From an uncultured Actinomycetes bacterium (GTDB lineage: Bacteria; Actinomycetota; Thermoleophilia; RBG-16-64-13): DNA of 64,000 bases. Shown here in pieces: positions 51,813 to 61,614 of the stretch. The first letter of the stretch is position 1; each line of letters opens with the position of its first letter. The stretch is taken from the NCBI GenBank assembly GCA_963841735.1, contig CAWJDT010000001.1, positions 1,696,001 to 1,760,000 of the forward strand, written 5' to 3'. Position numbers and translations under genes: made by a program. The notes beneath the pieces are model-generated. The model made no database searches. It was not told the DNA's origin and saw nothing but the letters and a program-made list of their open reading frames with translations.

Positions 51813-54800
51813 ATGAGACGACGGAGATCAGCGGCGGTGCTTGTTGCGGCGTCGCTCTTGGTGGCGCTGATGGTGGCAATGTCTGCGGCGCTTGCCGCGG
51901 CGGGCCCGGCAGCTTGGCCGGACGGCACTGCATCAGGCGGGGCGGTCGGGGTGACGATCGAGGGTTTCAGCGCTCAGGCACAGGAAGAGATGACGCAGAT
52001 CCTCCAACAGAAGCTGAGCTTGACGCAGGCCCAGAAGAAGATCGACACCAGCATCCTGAGCGTGGTGTGGCAGGCGCAGGCTCGGATGACGGGACCATCG
52101 GCAGCGCAGGCAGCGCAGACAGCGCACCTCAGTGACCTGTCGACCTCATTGGCCCGCATCGATGACGCGGGCCGCGTGGCCGTCAAGCTGAGCGTGCCCG
52201 GCATAAGCGCCGGCCAACGCCAGGAGCTTGAAGCACTGGGCCTGGAAGCCAGCGTGAGCCTACCCGAATACGGGATCCTCGAAGGAACGGTGCCTTGGGA
52301 CCGGGTGGAGGCGGTAGCTGCGCTTGACTTCGTGCGAAGCGTGCGAGCGCCGGGCTACGCTGTTCCCAACGCCGGGGAGGTCACCTCAGCCGGCGACGCC
52401 GTGCTCAGGGCGGCAGAGGCTAGGTCGGCTTTCGCTGTCGACGGCAGCGGTGTGGAAGTCGGGGTTATCTCCGATGGAGTGAGCCATCTCTCGGCCTCCC
52501 AGGCCTCCGGCGATCTCCCCTCGGTGGACGTTCTGGAGGTGGGAGATGGAGATGAGGGGACCGCGATGCTTGAGATCGTCCACGATCTTGCTCCGGGCTC
52601 GGCGTTGGCCTTCTACAGTCCCTACACGAGCTCGGACATGGCCGCTGGGATCGGCGCACTGGGAAGCGCTGGTTGCGACGTCGTGGTCGACGACCTGACG
52701 TTCTTTGACGAACCGAAGTTCGAGGACGGGCCGATCGCTTTGGCGGCCCGGGCGTTCGTCTTGGACGGCGGGGTGTACGCTACCTCGGCCGGCAACAGTG
52801 CGGACCGACACTACCGGCATACATACGTGCCGAACGGAGAAACGTTCCCAGGGCCATATCGTGCCTGGCACGACTACGCCGAGGGTCCGTCCGTGGACCT
52901 GGGGAACACCTTCACCGTACCGGTCGGCGGGACTCTGATCGCGGTGCTGCAATGGAACAACGAGTGGGGAAGTGCCGGGGACGACTTCGATCTATGGTTG
53001 CAGGGCGACTCCGGCGCCTTGGCGGCCGGCTGGGATACGCAGGATGGTGACGACGCACCAATCGAAGGGCTGGAGTGGACGAACAACACTACAAGCAGCG
53101 TCTCGGTATATCTGGCTGTGGGCGAAAGCTCGCTTGTCAGCGAGCCTTCGTCGCTCGTTCTGGACTACAGCGTCTACTGCCACTTCTCTCTTTCGGGGAT
53201 TCAGTACGACACGCCGGACAACAGTGTGATCGGGCATGCGGCAGTCGAAGAAGTCCTCTGTACAGCGGCGGCTCGGGCCAGCACTCCCGATACCATAGAG
53301 TATTTCAGCTCCTGGGGCCCCGGAACGATCTTCTACCCGAGCCTCCAGGATCGGCAAGTGCCCAACATCACGGCTGTCGATGGTGTCCAGACCAAGACCG
53401 GCCAACTTGGATACTTCCTCGACCCCTTCTACGGCACGTCAGCGGCGGCCCCACACGTGGCGGCCATAGCCGCGTTGGTCTGGGATGCCGACCCGACTCT
53501 GACGTCCAAAGAGGTCTTCGACGTCCTCACCTCCACGGCGGTGGATCTGGAGACACCCGGCTGGGATGTCACCTCCGGGTACGGACGTGTTGACGCCTAC
53601 AAGGCGGTCGGCTCGGTGCTTGGACTTCCCACCGTAGACAGCCTCGCCCCGGCCGGCGGTCCCGCCGGCGGGGGCACGTCGGTCGTCATCACGGGCACCA
53701 ACTTCGTCGGGGTGAGCAATCCCAGCTACGTGACTTTCGGGGGCACTGACGCCACCGACTACACCGTCGACTCCGACACCCAGATCACCGCCACCGCTCC
53801 GGCACACGACGTCGGCACGGTGCAGGTGCAGGTGATCGCCGACGGAGGCACGACCGAGAACACAGCCGCCGACGACTACACCTATGTGGATGCTCCCAGC
53901 ATTACCGAGCTCGCGCCGTCGGTGGGCCCGATGGCGGGAGGCCAGGATGTGACCATCACCGGAACGGACTTCATCGACGTGACGGGGGTCACCTTTGGGG
54001 GAACGAACGCCATGTCCTACCATGTCGACTCCCCTACCCAGATAACCGCCAAGAGTTCGGATCATGCCCCCGGGACGAGAGACGTGCAGGTAACGGCCAT
54101 TGGGGGTTCCTCGGACACCAGTGGCACCGCTGACGACTACACCTACGTCGGTCTGCCAACTATCACAGGTATTGCTCCCTCCGGCGGATCGTGCGCGGGG
54201 GGCACGTCGGTCGTCATCACGGGCACCAACTTCGTCGGGGTGAGCGATGCCAGCTACGTGACTTTCGGGGGTACTGACGCCACCGACTACACCGTCGACT
54301 CCGACACCCAGATCACCGCCACCGCTCCGGCACACGACGCGGGCACGGTGCAGGTGCAGGTGACGGCCATTGGGGGTTCCTCGGACACCAGCGGCATCGA
54401 CGACGACTACACGTATATCGGTGCACCCACGATCACCCGTGTTGCTCCCTCCACCGGACCGTGCACGGGGGGCACCGTGGTCGCCATCACCGGTACCGGC
54501 TTCATCGGGATAGCCGGCCCGGCGCTCGCCCCGGACGCGGTGACCTTCGGGGGCGTCAACGCCAGCACCTACACTGTCGACTCCGACACCCAGATAACCG
54601 CCACCGCTCCGGCACACGACGCCGGCACGGTGCGGGTGCAGATCAGCGCCGTCGGTGGCACGAGCGTCGACGGCGCCACCGACGACTATCTCTACTATAT
54701 CCACTACTCATCCATCCGCGGCGATCACCGCTACCACACCGCCCAACTGATCAGCCAGGCGATGTTCCCGGAGGCTCTGCCGCCAGGGGCCGGGCTGGTG

Positions 54801-55625
54801 CTGGCCCCGGGGGAGACCTTCCAGGAAGCTCTGTGCGGTGCTCCTCTGGCCGCGGCTTGGGGCGGGCCGGTGCTGCTCACCTACCGGACCGCCCTCGACA
54901 ACGGCACCAAAGCTGAGCTGCAGCGGTTGGCGCCCAGCCGTGTGTTCTGCGTCGGCATGTCAGTGGCGGTGGTGAACGCGGTCGCGGCCGCCCTTCCCGG
55001 CGCGACCGTCGATGCTATCAACGGCGTTGGCGACAACGTCTACGACATGAGCTACCGGGTGGCCAAGGCCCTGCAGCAAAAAGTGGGCGACCTCACCGGA
55101 GCCACCGCCATCATCACCATAGGCACCAACTTCCCCGACGCCCTGGGGGTCTCTCCGCTGGCCTGTGCCAAGCTATGGCCCATCCTGTTGACCGAACCCA
55201 TCACCAAGCTCGTACCTGAGCCGAAACTTAACCCCAAAGCCGGCCAGGCTCTATCTGAGCTAGGCATCACCCAGGTCATCAAGGTGGGCACCTATGTCAC
55301 CACGCCGGCCAACATCAAGTACTACAACCTCTCCGGGGCCGATCGCTACTTCACCAACGCCAACGTAGCCAAATGGGCCCAGACCTATGCCGGGCTTACC
55401 TTCACCCACACCGGTATCGCCACCGGCGGGAAGTTTCCCGACGCTCTAGCCGCCGGACCATTTCTAGGCAAAGACGGTGGCGTTCTATTGCTGAGCCCCT
55501 TGAACGGGCCCCTGCCTCCGCCCATTAGCGCGCTGATAGCCGCCAATCGGGCCGAGGTGCGGGAGTTCTCCTTCATCGCCATGATCGAACCAGTGATAGG
55601 GGTGGTGAAGGCACTGCTGCTGTAG
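51813..55625 (+). CDS. Secreted subtilase-like serine protease with 4 IPT/TIG domains and 3 cell-wall-binding repeat 2 (CWB2) motifs
   Basis: Signal peptide; GVISDG, DEGTAMLEIVHDLAP, SAGN, FYGTSAAAPH; GGT.V.ITGT.F repeats; RGDHRY, NFPDAL, SGADRY, KFPDAL. Confidence 0.9.
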   Translation: MRRRRSAAVLVAASLLVALMVAMSAALAAAGPAAWPDGTASGGAVGVTIEGFSAQAQEEMTQILQQKLSLTQAQKKIDTSILSVVWQAQARMTGPSAAQAAQTAHLSDLSTSLARIDDAGRVAVKLSVPGISAGQRQELEALGLEASVSLPEYGILEGTVPWDRVEAVAALDFVRSVRAPGYAVPNAGEVTSAGDAVLRAAEARSAFAVDGSGVEVGVISDGVSHLSASQASGDLPSVDVLEVGDGDEGTAMLEIVHDLAPGSALAFYSPYTSSDMAAGIGALGSAGCDVVVDDLTFFDEPKFEDGPIALAARAFVLDGGVYATSAGNSADRHYRHTYVPNGETFPGPYRAWHDYAEGPSVDLGNTFTVPVGGTLIAVLQWNNEWGSAGDDFDLWLQGDSGALAAGWDTQDGDDAPIEGLEWTNNTTSSVSVYLAVGESSLVSEPSSLVLDYSVYCHFSLSGIQYDTPDNSVIGHAAVEEVLCTAAARASTPDTIEYFSSWGPGTIFYPSLQDRQVPNITAVDGVQTKTGQLGYFLDPFYGTSAAAPHVAAIAALVWDADPTLTSKEVFDVLTSTAVDLETPGWDVTSGYGRVDAYKAVGSVLGLPTVDSLAPAGGPAGGGTSVVITGTNFVGVSNPSYVTFGGTDATDYTVDSDTQITATAPAHDVGTVQVQVIADGGTTENTAADDYTYVDAPSITELAPSVGPMAGGQDVTITGTDFIDVTGVTFGGTNAMSYHVDSPTQITAKSSDHAPGTRDVQVTAIGGSSDTSGTADDYTYVGLPTITGIAPSGGSCAGGTSVVITGTNFVGVSDASYVTFGGTDATDYTVDSDTQITATAPAHDAGTVQVQVTAIGGSSDTSGIDDDYTYIGAPTITRVAPSTGPCTGGTVVAITGTGFIGIAGPALAPDAVTFGGVNASTYTVDSDTQITATAPAHDAGTVRVQISAVGGTSVDGATDDYLYYIHYSSIRGDHRYHTAQLISQAMFPEALPPGAGLVLAPGETFQEALCGAPLAAAWGGPVLLTYRTALDNGTKAELQRLAPSRVFCVGMSVAVVNAVAAALPGATVDAINGVGDNVYDMSYRVAKALQQKVGDLTGATAIITIGTNFPDALGVSPLACAKLWPILLTEPITKLVPEPKLNPKAGQALSELGITQVIKVGTYVTTPANIKYYNLSGADRYFTNANVAKWAQTYAGLTFTHTGIATGGKFPDALAAGPFLGKDGGVLLLSPLNGPLPPPISALIAANRAEVREFSFIAMIEPVIGVVKALLL
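53670..54363 (+). repeat. Near-identical intragenic direct repeat (53670-53835 vs 54198-54363)
   Basis: Offset 528 bp with few mismatches; corresponds to IPT domains 1 and 3. Confidence 0.9.
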
Positions 55626-55723
55626 ACCTCACATACTGTCTGCCTGGGGACCTGAACCCACCTTGACTGTGTCAACGGAACTGGGCGGCCGAATTTGCCG
55701 GAATGGGTAACAAGGAGGATCTC

Positions 55724-56524
55724 ATGTTGCATAAGGGTCGGGCTCGGGTGGTGCTGTCGACGATCGTCGTGGCGATGGTGCTGCTGACAGTGCCGGTGGT
55801 GTTCGCAGGGTGCGGGTCGTCGAGTACGCTCACGACGGCCGAAAAGGATTGGCTCGCGCAGAAGGGCACGCTGCAGGTCGGCGGCTTCACTGACTACCCA
55901 CCCTACGGCTTCGTGGACGGCAGCGGTCAGGCCGTGGGCATCTCCGCGGACTACTGGAATCTTGTGGGGGAGCGTCTCGGTGTCAAGGTGACGTTCACGC
56001 CGGTGGTCTTCGCCGACCAGATCGAGGGGCTCAAGCAGGGGCGCTTCGACTCACTGCAGGGCATCTTCCCAGTGCCTGAACGCGAGCAGTGGTTCGCCTT
56101 CTCTGACAGCTTCTACGTTATCGACACACACATGTACGTCGATGCGGCGCATGCGGATGTCAAGACGCTCGATAACCTGAAGGGACTCAAAGTGGCGGTC
56201 GTGGATGGCGACTCCGGTCAGCTGCTTGCCGACGACGCGGGCCTGACGACTGTGGTGGTCGAGGGTTACCAGCAGGCGGTCGAAGCCGTCGCGTCGGGCG
56301 CGGCCCAGGCGATGATCCTCGATGAGTTGGTGGCCGACTATTACATCAACAGCTTGAAGGTCTCCGACAAGGTGAAGATCGCCGGTGAGCCCGTGGCCAG
56401 CGGAAAAATGACCTTGGCGGTGGACAAAGACAACACCGTGCTGCTCGGCATCCTGAACAAGGGCATTGCCATGGTCAGCGCCGCCGAGGTGAAGGCCATC
56501 TCCGACAAGTGGCTGGGGCAGTAG
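55724..56524 (+). CDS. Amino-acid ABC substrate-binding lipoprotein (family 3), orphan
   Basis: VFAGC lipobox; DYPPYGF, PERE..F.FS, LKGLKVAV, ILNKGI; no permease nearby. Confidence 0.88.
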   Translation: MLHKGRARVVLSTIVVAMVLLTVPVVFAGCGSSSTLTTAEKDWLAQKGTLQVGGFTDYPPYGFVDGSGQAVGISADYWNLVGERLGVKVTFTPVVFADQIEGLKQGRFDSLQGIFPVPEREQWFAFSDSFYVIDTHMYVDAAHADVKTLDNLKGLKVAVVDGDSGQLLADDAGLTTVVVEGYQQAVEAVASGAAQAMILDELVADYYINSLKVSDKVKIAGEPVASGKMTLAVDKDNTVLLGILNKGIAMVSAAEVKAISDKWLGQ

Positions 56525-56585
56525 CAGGGAGCGGGTAGACGGCTGAAGAGGCCGGCAAGATCTAGCCCCGAAAGGCACACTTACA

Positions 56586-57644
56586 CTAGAGAGTCCCCAG
56601 CATGAACTGAACTATGAGCGACACTGCTGCGACCGCGAACCAACAGGCCAAACCCAGGATGATCGGTCGCAGTCCGTTTGCGATGAGCCGTCTGAGCTTC
56701 GTGTTGAGCCCGATGGCCGCCATGGCAGTCACGATGCCGAATTTGCCCACATCGGAGAGGTGTGCGCTGACGCCGACGCTGATGATGCCCGAGGTGCACA
56801 CCAGCGAGGCGGCAAGGAACCCGAGGACGAACCAGGGGAAGATCCTCTTGAGTGAGTAGCTTGATCGAACTCCCTCGGCGGCGGCCTCGCGCCGGCTCGC
56901 GCGCGCCATCCAAAACGCAAGTCCGAGCGTCACCGGAATGATCATGAGAGTGCGGGTGAGTTTCACGATGGTTGCAGACTGGCCGGCGGCGTCGGAAAAC
57001 GCGAAGCCGGCGGCGACAACCGATGACGTGTCGTTGATGGCAGTCCCAGCCCACATCCCGAACCCTGCGTCTGTCATGCCGAGCAGATGTCCCAGGCTGG
57101 GGAACATGAAGACGGCGAGGATGTTGAAGAGGAAGATCGTGGAGATGGAGCAACTGATCTCTTGACCGTCCGCGTCAATGACCGGCGCCGCCGCCGCGAT
57201 AGCCGAGCCTCCGCAGATGGCAGTGCCCACGCCGATGAGAACCTTGGCGTTCCGGTTCACCCCGAGTGCTCGTCCTGCCAGGGCCGCGACGAGGAAGGCG
57301 GCTGCCAAGGTGAAGACCATCACCAGGAGCGACTGACTTCCCACCCGGAGCACCACGCCCAAATTGAGCGCGAAACCGAGGAACACGATCGAGTACTGAA
57401 GGACCTTCTTCCCACAGAAGGCGATACCGCTGTCGAAGACCGCGGGGCGTTTCACAGACGCGACGACGATGCCGATTAGTATGGCGAAGACAGGACCTCC
57501 GACCACCGGGACCGCCCTGCCCGCGAACCAGGAGGGTATGGCTATGACCAGCGCGAGGCCAACGCCATAGAGCACAACGTAGACGGGCGGCTTCTTTGTC
57601 TCGGGGAAGGAGGCGGCCGGTCGTGGTGGTTCCGTAGAGGACAT
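56586..57644 (-). CDS. yeiH: YeiH / putative sulfate exporter family membrane protein
   Basis: GGPVFAILIG, LQYSIVFLG, GTAICGGSAIAA, AGTAINDTSSVVAA, VKLTRT, FPWF, AIGL. Confidence 0.92.
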   Translation of the reverse strand: MSSTEPPRPAASFPETKKPPVYVVLYGVGLALVIAIPSWFAGRAVPVVGGPVFAILIGIVVASVKRPAVFDSGIAFCGKKVLQYSIVFLGFALNLGVVLRVGSQSLLVMVFTLAAAFLVAALAGRALGVNRNAKVLIGVGTAICGGSAIAAAAPVIDADGQEISCSISTIFLFNILAVFMFPSLGHLLGMTDAGFGMWAGTAINDTSSVVAAGFAFSDAAGQSATIVKLTRTLMIIPVTLGLAFWMARASRREAAAEGVRSSYSLKRIFPWFVLGFLAASLVCTSGIISVGVSAHLSDVGKFGIVTAMAAIGLNTKLRRLIANGLRPIILGLACWFAVAAVSLIVQFMLGTL

Positions 57645-57857
57645 GACAGCAGTCTAGCTGATAGTGGCGTTTCTGGAATCCCGAAGCAGCGGTCGAACTG
57701 ATTCATGCAAGCGCAGGCCCCACTCAGCCGTCCGAATGCACGATCAGACGCCGCCTTGCCGCGTGGGTCTTCTTGCGACGATTGACCCCAGCGGTAGTTC
57801 GCCTATACTTTTGCCGAAGGGAATCAAGTGAGCGCCCCGAGATCGAAGGAGAGAGAC

Positions 57858-58694
57858 ATGCGAGGGCACGAGATCCCGTTCCGGTATGTGATCGCAGCAG
57901 CACTCCTCCTACCCGGTCTTATGCTCGCAGGCTGCCAGAAGTTGCAGGAGACGGGACAGACGGGACAGACTGGCACGACGGCAGTCTCCTCGGAGAGCGC
58001 GTCAGTGTCGTCAGGCTCAACCACGACGGTCACAGAGGTTACATCCACACTCTCCAGCTCATCGTCGAGCACCACGGTGCGTTCGACGACTACCACCGCG
58101 AAGGCCCCCGCTCCCACTGTGGCGAAGAAGGCTCCCACTATCACCAAGTTGAATCCCTCTTGGGCAGCTCTCGACGCTCAAGGAGCAGAGGTCGTAGTTA
58201 CCGGCACGGGGTTCACCGGGGTCGTCGCCGTCACCTTCGGGGGCATACCGGCCATGGATTTCCGCTTCGATTCCGACACGCAGATCACCGCGCATGCTCC
58301 CGTGCACAGCGAGAGCACGGTGAACGTGCAGGTGACCACGTCCGCAGGCAAGAGCGCAGACACCTTGGCAGACGACTTCATGTTCGTAGACACGAGTTCG
58401 AACGCTCCTGCCATCATCCCGGGGGTGATAATGGGAAACACTCCCACGATCACCAACTTGATCCCCAAATCTGGTCCGAGAGCGGGGAACTTCTATATAC
58501 TCATCGTGGGCACCGGGTTCACCGGGGTCACGGATGTGACCATCGCGGGCGGCTCCGTGACCTACCATGTCCTATCCGATACCGAGATCTACGCACTGGC
58601 TCCCCCCTGGCCGGGCGGAGTCGTGGACGTGCAGGTGACGGCGGGCGGAGTCAAGACCGCGCCCGGGCCCGAGGCGTCCTTGACCTACTTCTGA
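57858..58694 (+). CDS. Lipoprotein with Ser/Thr linker and two IPT/TIG domains
   Basis: LAGC lipobox; VTGTGFTGV..FGG..SDTQIT; upstream TTGACC-N16-TATACT (57782-57809). Confidence 0.85.
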   Translation: MRGHEIPFRYVIAAALLLPGLMLAGCQKLQETGQTGQTGTTAVSSESASVSSGSTTTVTEVTSTLSSSSSSTTVRSTTTTAKAPAPTVAKKAPTITKLNPSWAALDAQGAEVVVTGTGFTGVVAVTFGGIPAMDFRFDSDTQITAHAPVHSESTVNVQVTTSAGKSADTLADDFMFVDTSSNAPAIIPGVIMGNTPTITNLIPKSGPRAGNFYILIVGTGFTGVTDVTIAGGSVTYHVLSDTEIYALAPPWPGGVVDVQVTAGGVKTAPGPEASLTYF

Positions 58695-58782
58695 CCTACT
58701 CCGTCCGTCATGGGTGTGAGCTTGACTCTTAACTTCCGCGAGCCCTGAGCTACCCCGCACGCGGCGTCCAGCCGGCGTGGAC

Positions 58783-58875
58783 TCAGGCCTTGGGCTCTTT
58801 GGGCTTCTTAGGCTTCTTAGGCGCCTTAGGTTTCTTGGATTCCTTGTTGGGCTTCTTGTCGCGTTGGAGTTCCAT
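58783..58875 (-). CDS. 30-aa Lys/Pro-rich basic peptide
   Basis: MELQRDKKPNKESKKPKAPKKPKKPKEPKA*; GGAG upstream; below the ORF-track cutoff. Confidence 0.5.
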   Translation of the reverse strand: MELQRDKKPNKESKKPKAPKKPKKPKEPKA

Positions 58876-59125
58876 GGTGTGCTCCGCTCTTGTTCTAGAT
58901 GCGTTGTATCAGGTCGTGAGAGTACAGCAACCCTGGTGAGATTCAAGGGTTTTCGGTCCGGCGGCGCAGGTGCGTGTGCGGGGTGCGCTTTCTTTCATCT
59001 GCCACCCCCGCCGGTCTGACCTGCGTCGCCGGAGCTATCGCCCTTGAGGAATCCCTCGTGCGCGATGAGCGCACAACAACGGTTATGTTATGAGCTCGTC
59101 CTGAACCCTCGTCAAGCCTTCAGTG

Positions 59126-59845
59126 TCAGTTCACACCGAAGGGCGGGTACTCGTCGCGCAGGCCGTACATGAAGGCGCTGACGCGCATGTTCCAGCGGTT
59201 CACGCGCACCAGATAGTTGTGCATACGCGGCGGGAACTTGCCGGTGAACAGAACCGCCCATTGGCTCACATACCACACGCATGCCGCCCCGATCATCCTG
59301 AAGTACATCACGAAGATCACCGGGATAAGGGCAAAATACTTGATATACAGAAGGGTCATGATGGCCCAACCGCGTGAGCTCTTCTCCGGATAGGGCACCA
59401 CCAGAGTAACCGCCGAGCGTTCGTTGTCGGCCGAGAAGGGCGGGAATTCGTCGCGCAGGCCCATTTCGAAGGCGGTGATGCGTGCCTGCCAGTACATCAC
59501 TCTGACCATGAACGCGTGCCATCCCCGCGGGAACCTGCCGGTAAAGAGCACGGCAAACTGACCGAGCACGAAGAGCACCCCGACACCGATCTGGTAGATG
59601 TACAAGACGATGAACTGCACAAACAGCGTTATGAACTTGATGGGGATGATTGTGGAGAACAGCGCCCACATCCGCGAGCTCGTCTCCGGGCGCTCTATCT
59701 GCAGGTCGACCGGGTGGGTGTTGTACGCCGCGGAGGGCGGGGGAGTGTAGGCCGGGGGCGCCTCCTGAGCGGTCTGCTGCCCGCAACTGGCGCAGAACGT
59801 CTGACCTTCAACCAGTGTGTTGCCACATTTGCTGCAGAATGCCAT
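59126..59845 (-). CDS. Zinc-ribbon + tandem DUF4389 membrane protein
   Basis: FCSKCG..FCASCG; FAVLFTGRFPRG..LRDEFPPF and WAVLFTGKFPP..LRDEYPPF. Confidence 0.85.
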   Translation of the reverse strand: MAFCSKCGNTLVEGQTFCASCGQQTAQEAPPAYTPPPSAAYNTHPVDLQIERPETSSRMWALFSTIIPIKFITLFVQFIVLYIYQIGVGVLFVLGQFAVLFTGRFPRGWHAFMVRVMYWQARITAFEMGLRDEFPPFSADNERSAVTLVVPYPEKSSRGWAIMTLLYIKYFALIPVIFVMYFRMIGAACVWYVSQWAVLFTGKFPPRMHNYLVRVNRWNMRVSAFMYGLRDEYPPFGVN

Positions 59846-60066
59846 GCCGCTCTCCTTGCTAGGTGGTGGACTGCAAGAACTTGAGGTGCCTAGGAGCCGG
59901 GGCCTTTCCCAAGCGTTACCCGAGCGAATGCTATCACAACGCCTAAAATGGCCATTCACCTCCCATAGCGGGATCCGCGGCTGCGGCGCGTTGACTCAAC
60001 CGATGCAGGTGACCGGCGAGCTATTCCGTTCAGGTTTGGTTAAGGAAGGAAGCGGTATAGTAAAAA

Positions 60067-60220
60067 CAGAGTCCTGAGAGTTCAGACGCGGCATCTGAGG
60101 AACTTACAAAGGGGCCCGCTGAGGAAATGCGGAGGCAAATGGCCGCAGAGTACAGCGAAGCGGGAACGAAGTAGGGGCTGATGAAGGATGCAAAGCGAGT
60201 TCACTCAGGGCTCTGTTTTT
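60067..60220 (+). ncRNA. Putative rod-shaped structured ncRNA (6S-like)
   Basis: -10 TATAGT at 60056-60061; nested stems with G-U wobbles on the + strand; central bubble; ends in a U-tract. Confidence 0.45.
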
Positions 60221-60284
60221 GTTTCTGCCGAGGTCTCGCCGCCGTTGGGCGCTGTCCGCTTCGACGTGTAATCTTCTGGGCGGC

Positions 60285-60731
60285 CTAGTTGCCCAGTCTC
60301 TCCCCGAACGTCCGTCCATAGTCGTGGCAGGCTCGCATGCCCTCGTCGGTGCCCACTCGGTCCTCCAAGAGATTGAACGAGCCAAGGTTGAAGGGCTCCA
60401 TGCGGTAGACATGCTCCATGGTGTCGAAGATCATGGCCGGAGCATCACCGCTGTGGGTGTAGGAGCCAAAGGCCCCGCCTAGTTTGCCCTTCAGATCGGC
60501 CTGCTTTGCCATGAAGAGAAAGTTCTTCATAGGCCCGGCGATGTCTCGGTGATAGGTGGGTGACCCGAAGATGTACCCGTCATAGCCGGCCAGATCATCG
60601 AGCTCCTTGAGTTCCGAAACCTTCTTGGCGACAGCTTCGTGACCGGCGAAACGTACACCTTCGGCGATGTAGTCGGCCATCCGCTGAGTTTTTCCGGTCA
60701 ACGAGACGTAGGCGACAAGGACCTTCTTCAC
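60285..60731 (-). CDS. Flavodoxin
   Basis: YVSLTGKT..MA, FGSPTY, GAFGSY..SG. Confidence 0.9.
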   Translation of the reverse strand: MKKVLVAYVSLTGKTQRMADYIAEGVRFAGHEAVAKKVSELKELDDLAGYDGYIFGSPTYHRDIAGPMKNFLFMAKQADLKGKLGGAFGSYTHSGDAPAMIFDTMEHVYRMEPFNLGSFNLLEDRVGTDEGMRACHDYGRTFGERLGN

Positions 60732-60953
60732 TTCGCTCCTCCCTCGGGGCTGAGACTACGGTCGAGCGACACTGGAATACTCGAGCGCTGTCAGGTTCTC
60801 GTCCGCCATCGTGAATCCAACGACGATATTCATACCCGCTCCCGTCCGTTTCAACACGCTTTCTTGCGGGTAGCCACAAAGTATAGGCGTGCAGTATTGG
60901 GATCATCTACCTGGACTGCGCCATACGTGGTGGCGTTGAAGGAGGCCGGCAGA

Positions 60954-61175
60954 GTGGCAGAGATCAAACTGGATGTGCGCGGTGAGACCTGCCCCGTGCC
61001 CCTGGTGGAGGTGAGGAAGGCCCTCCGGCGGGCGGCCCCGGGTGACGTGGTCGAAGTGGTGGGCACGCATCCATCGTCTAAGAAGGAGATCCCGCTGGCG
61101 GTGAAGGCTCTCAAGCTAGAGCTTCTTAGCACTGAGGAGGAAGGTGCCACGTGGAAGATCAGGATTCAGCGGTGA
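60954..61175 (+). CDS. tusA: TusA/SirA sulfurtransferase
   Basis: LDVRGETCPVP; GGAGG RBS. Confidence 0.92.
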   Translation: MAEIKLDVRGETCPVPLVEVRKALRRAAPGDVVEVVGTHPSSKKEIPLAVKALKLELLSTEEEGATWKIRIQR

Positions 61176-61606
61176 CGGAGGAGACGGCGGTCGAGAAGGC
61201 TACGTTTGTTGTCCACAGCGGCGACTACGACAAGATCTACAGCGCCTTCATCATGGGCAACGGCTTCCTCGCCATGGGCATGGAAGTGTCGATGTACTTC
61301 ACATTCTGGGGATTGTTGCGACTGAAGAATGGTCAGCTGGACTCGGGCGAGCTGTCTAGGATGCACATGCTGGGATTGGGCAAGTGGATGGTCACACGGC
61401 GGATGAAGAAGAGCGGAGTGGCTTCGCTCGAGCGCCTGGCCCAAGATTTCAAGGAGTTGGGCGGAAAGATCTTCGCGTGCGACATGACCATGGACATCAT
61501 GGGGGTCCGGCCGGAGGATCTGCGCCAGGATCTGATAACTGAGTACTGCGCGGTGGGGACCTACGTAGAAGAGGCCCGCCACTCCGCCGTCACGCTTTTC
61601 ATTTAG
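61172..61606 (+). CDS. DsrE/DsrF-like (DsrE2) sulfur-transfer protein
   Basis: HSGDYDK..AF, YFTFWGL, FACDMTMDIMG, TLFI; GTGA overlap with tusA. Confidence 0.88.
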   Translation: MTEETAVEKATFVVHSGDYDKIYSAFIMGNGFLAMGMEVSMYFTFWGLLRLKNGQLDSGELSRMHMLGLGKWMVTRRMKKSGVASLERLAQDFKELGGKIFACDMTMDIMGVRPEDLRQDLITEYCAVGTYVEEARHSAVTLFI

Positions 61607-61614
61607 GAGGCGGC

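Noticed and set aside
60030-60056. SRP RNA-like CAGG...GGAAGGAAGC
   Set aside because: The TCC needed to close the GGAA tetraloop and the AGCA motif are missing, and there is no flanking long stem.
60954-61606. Selenocysteine in TusA/DsrE, or readthrough at the TGA at 61173
   Set aside because: Active-site residues are ordinary Cys codons; the TGA is a normal GTGA stop/start overlap between different frames.
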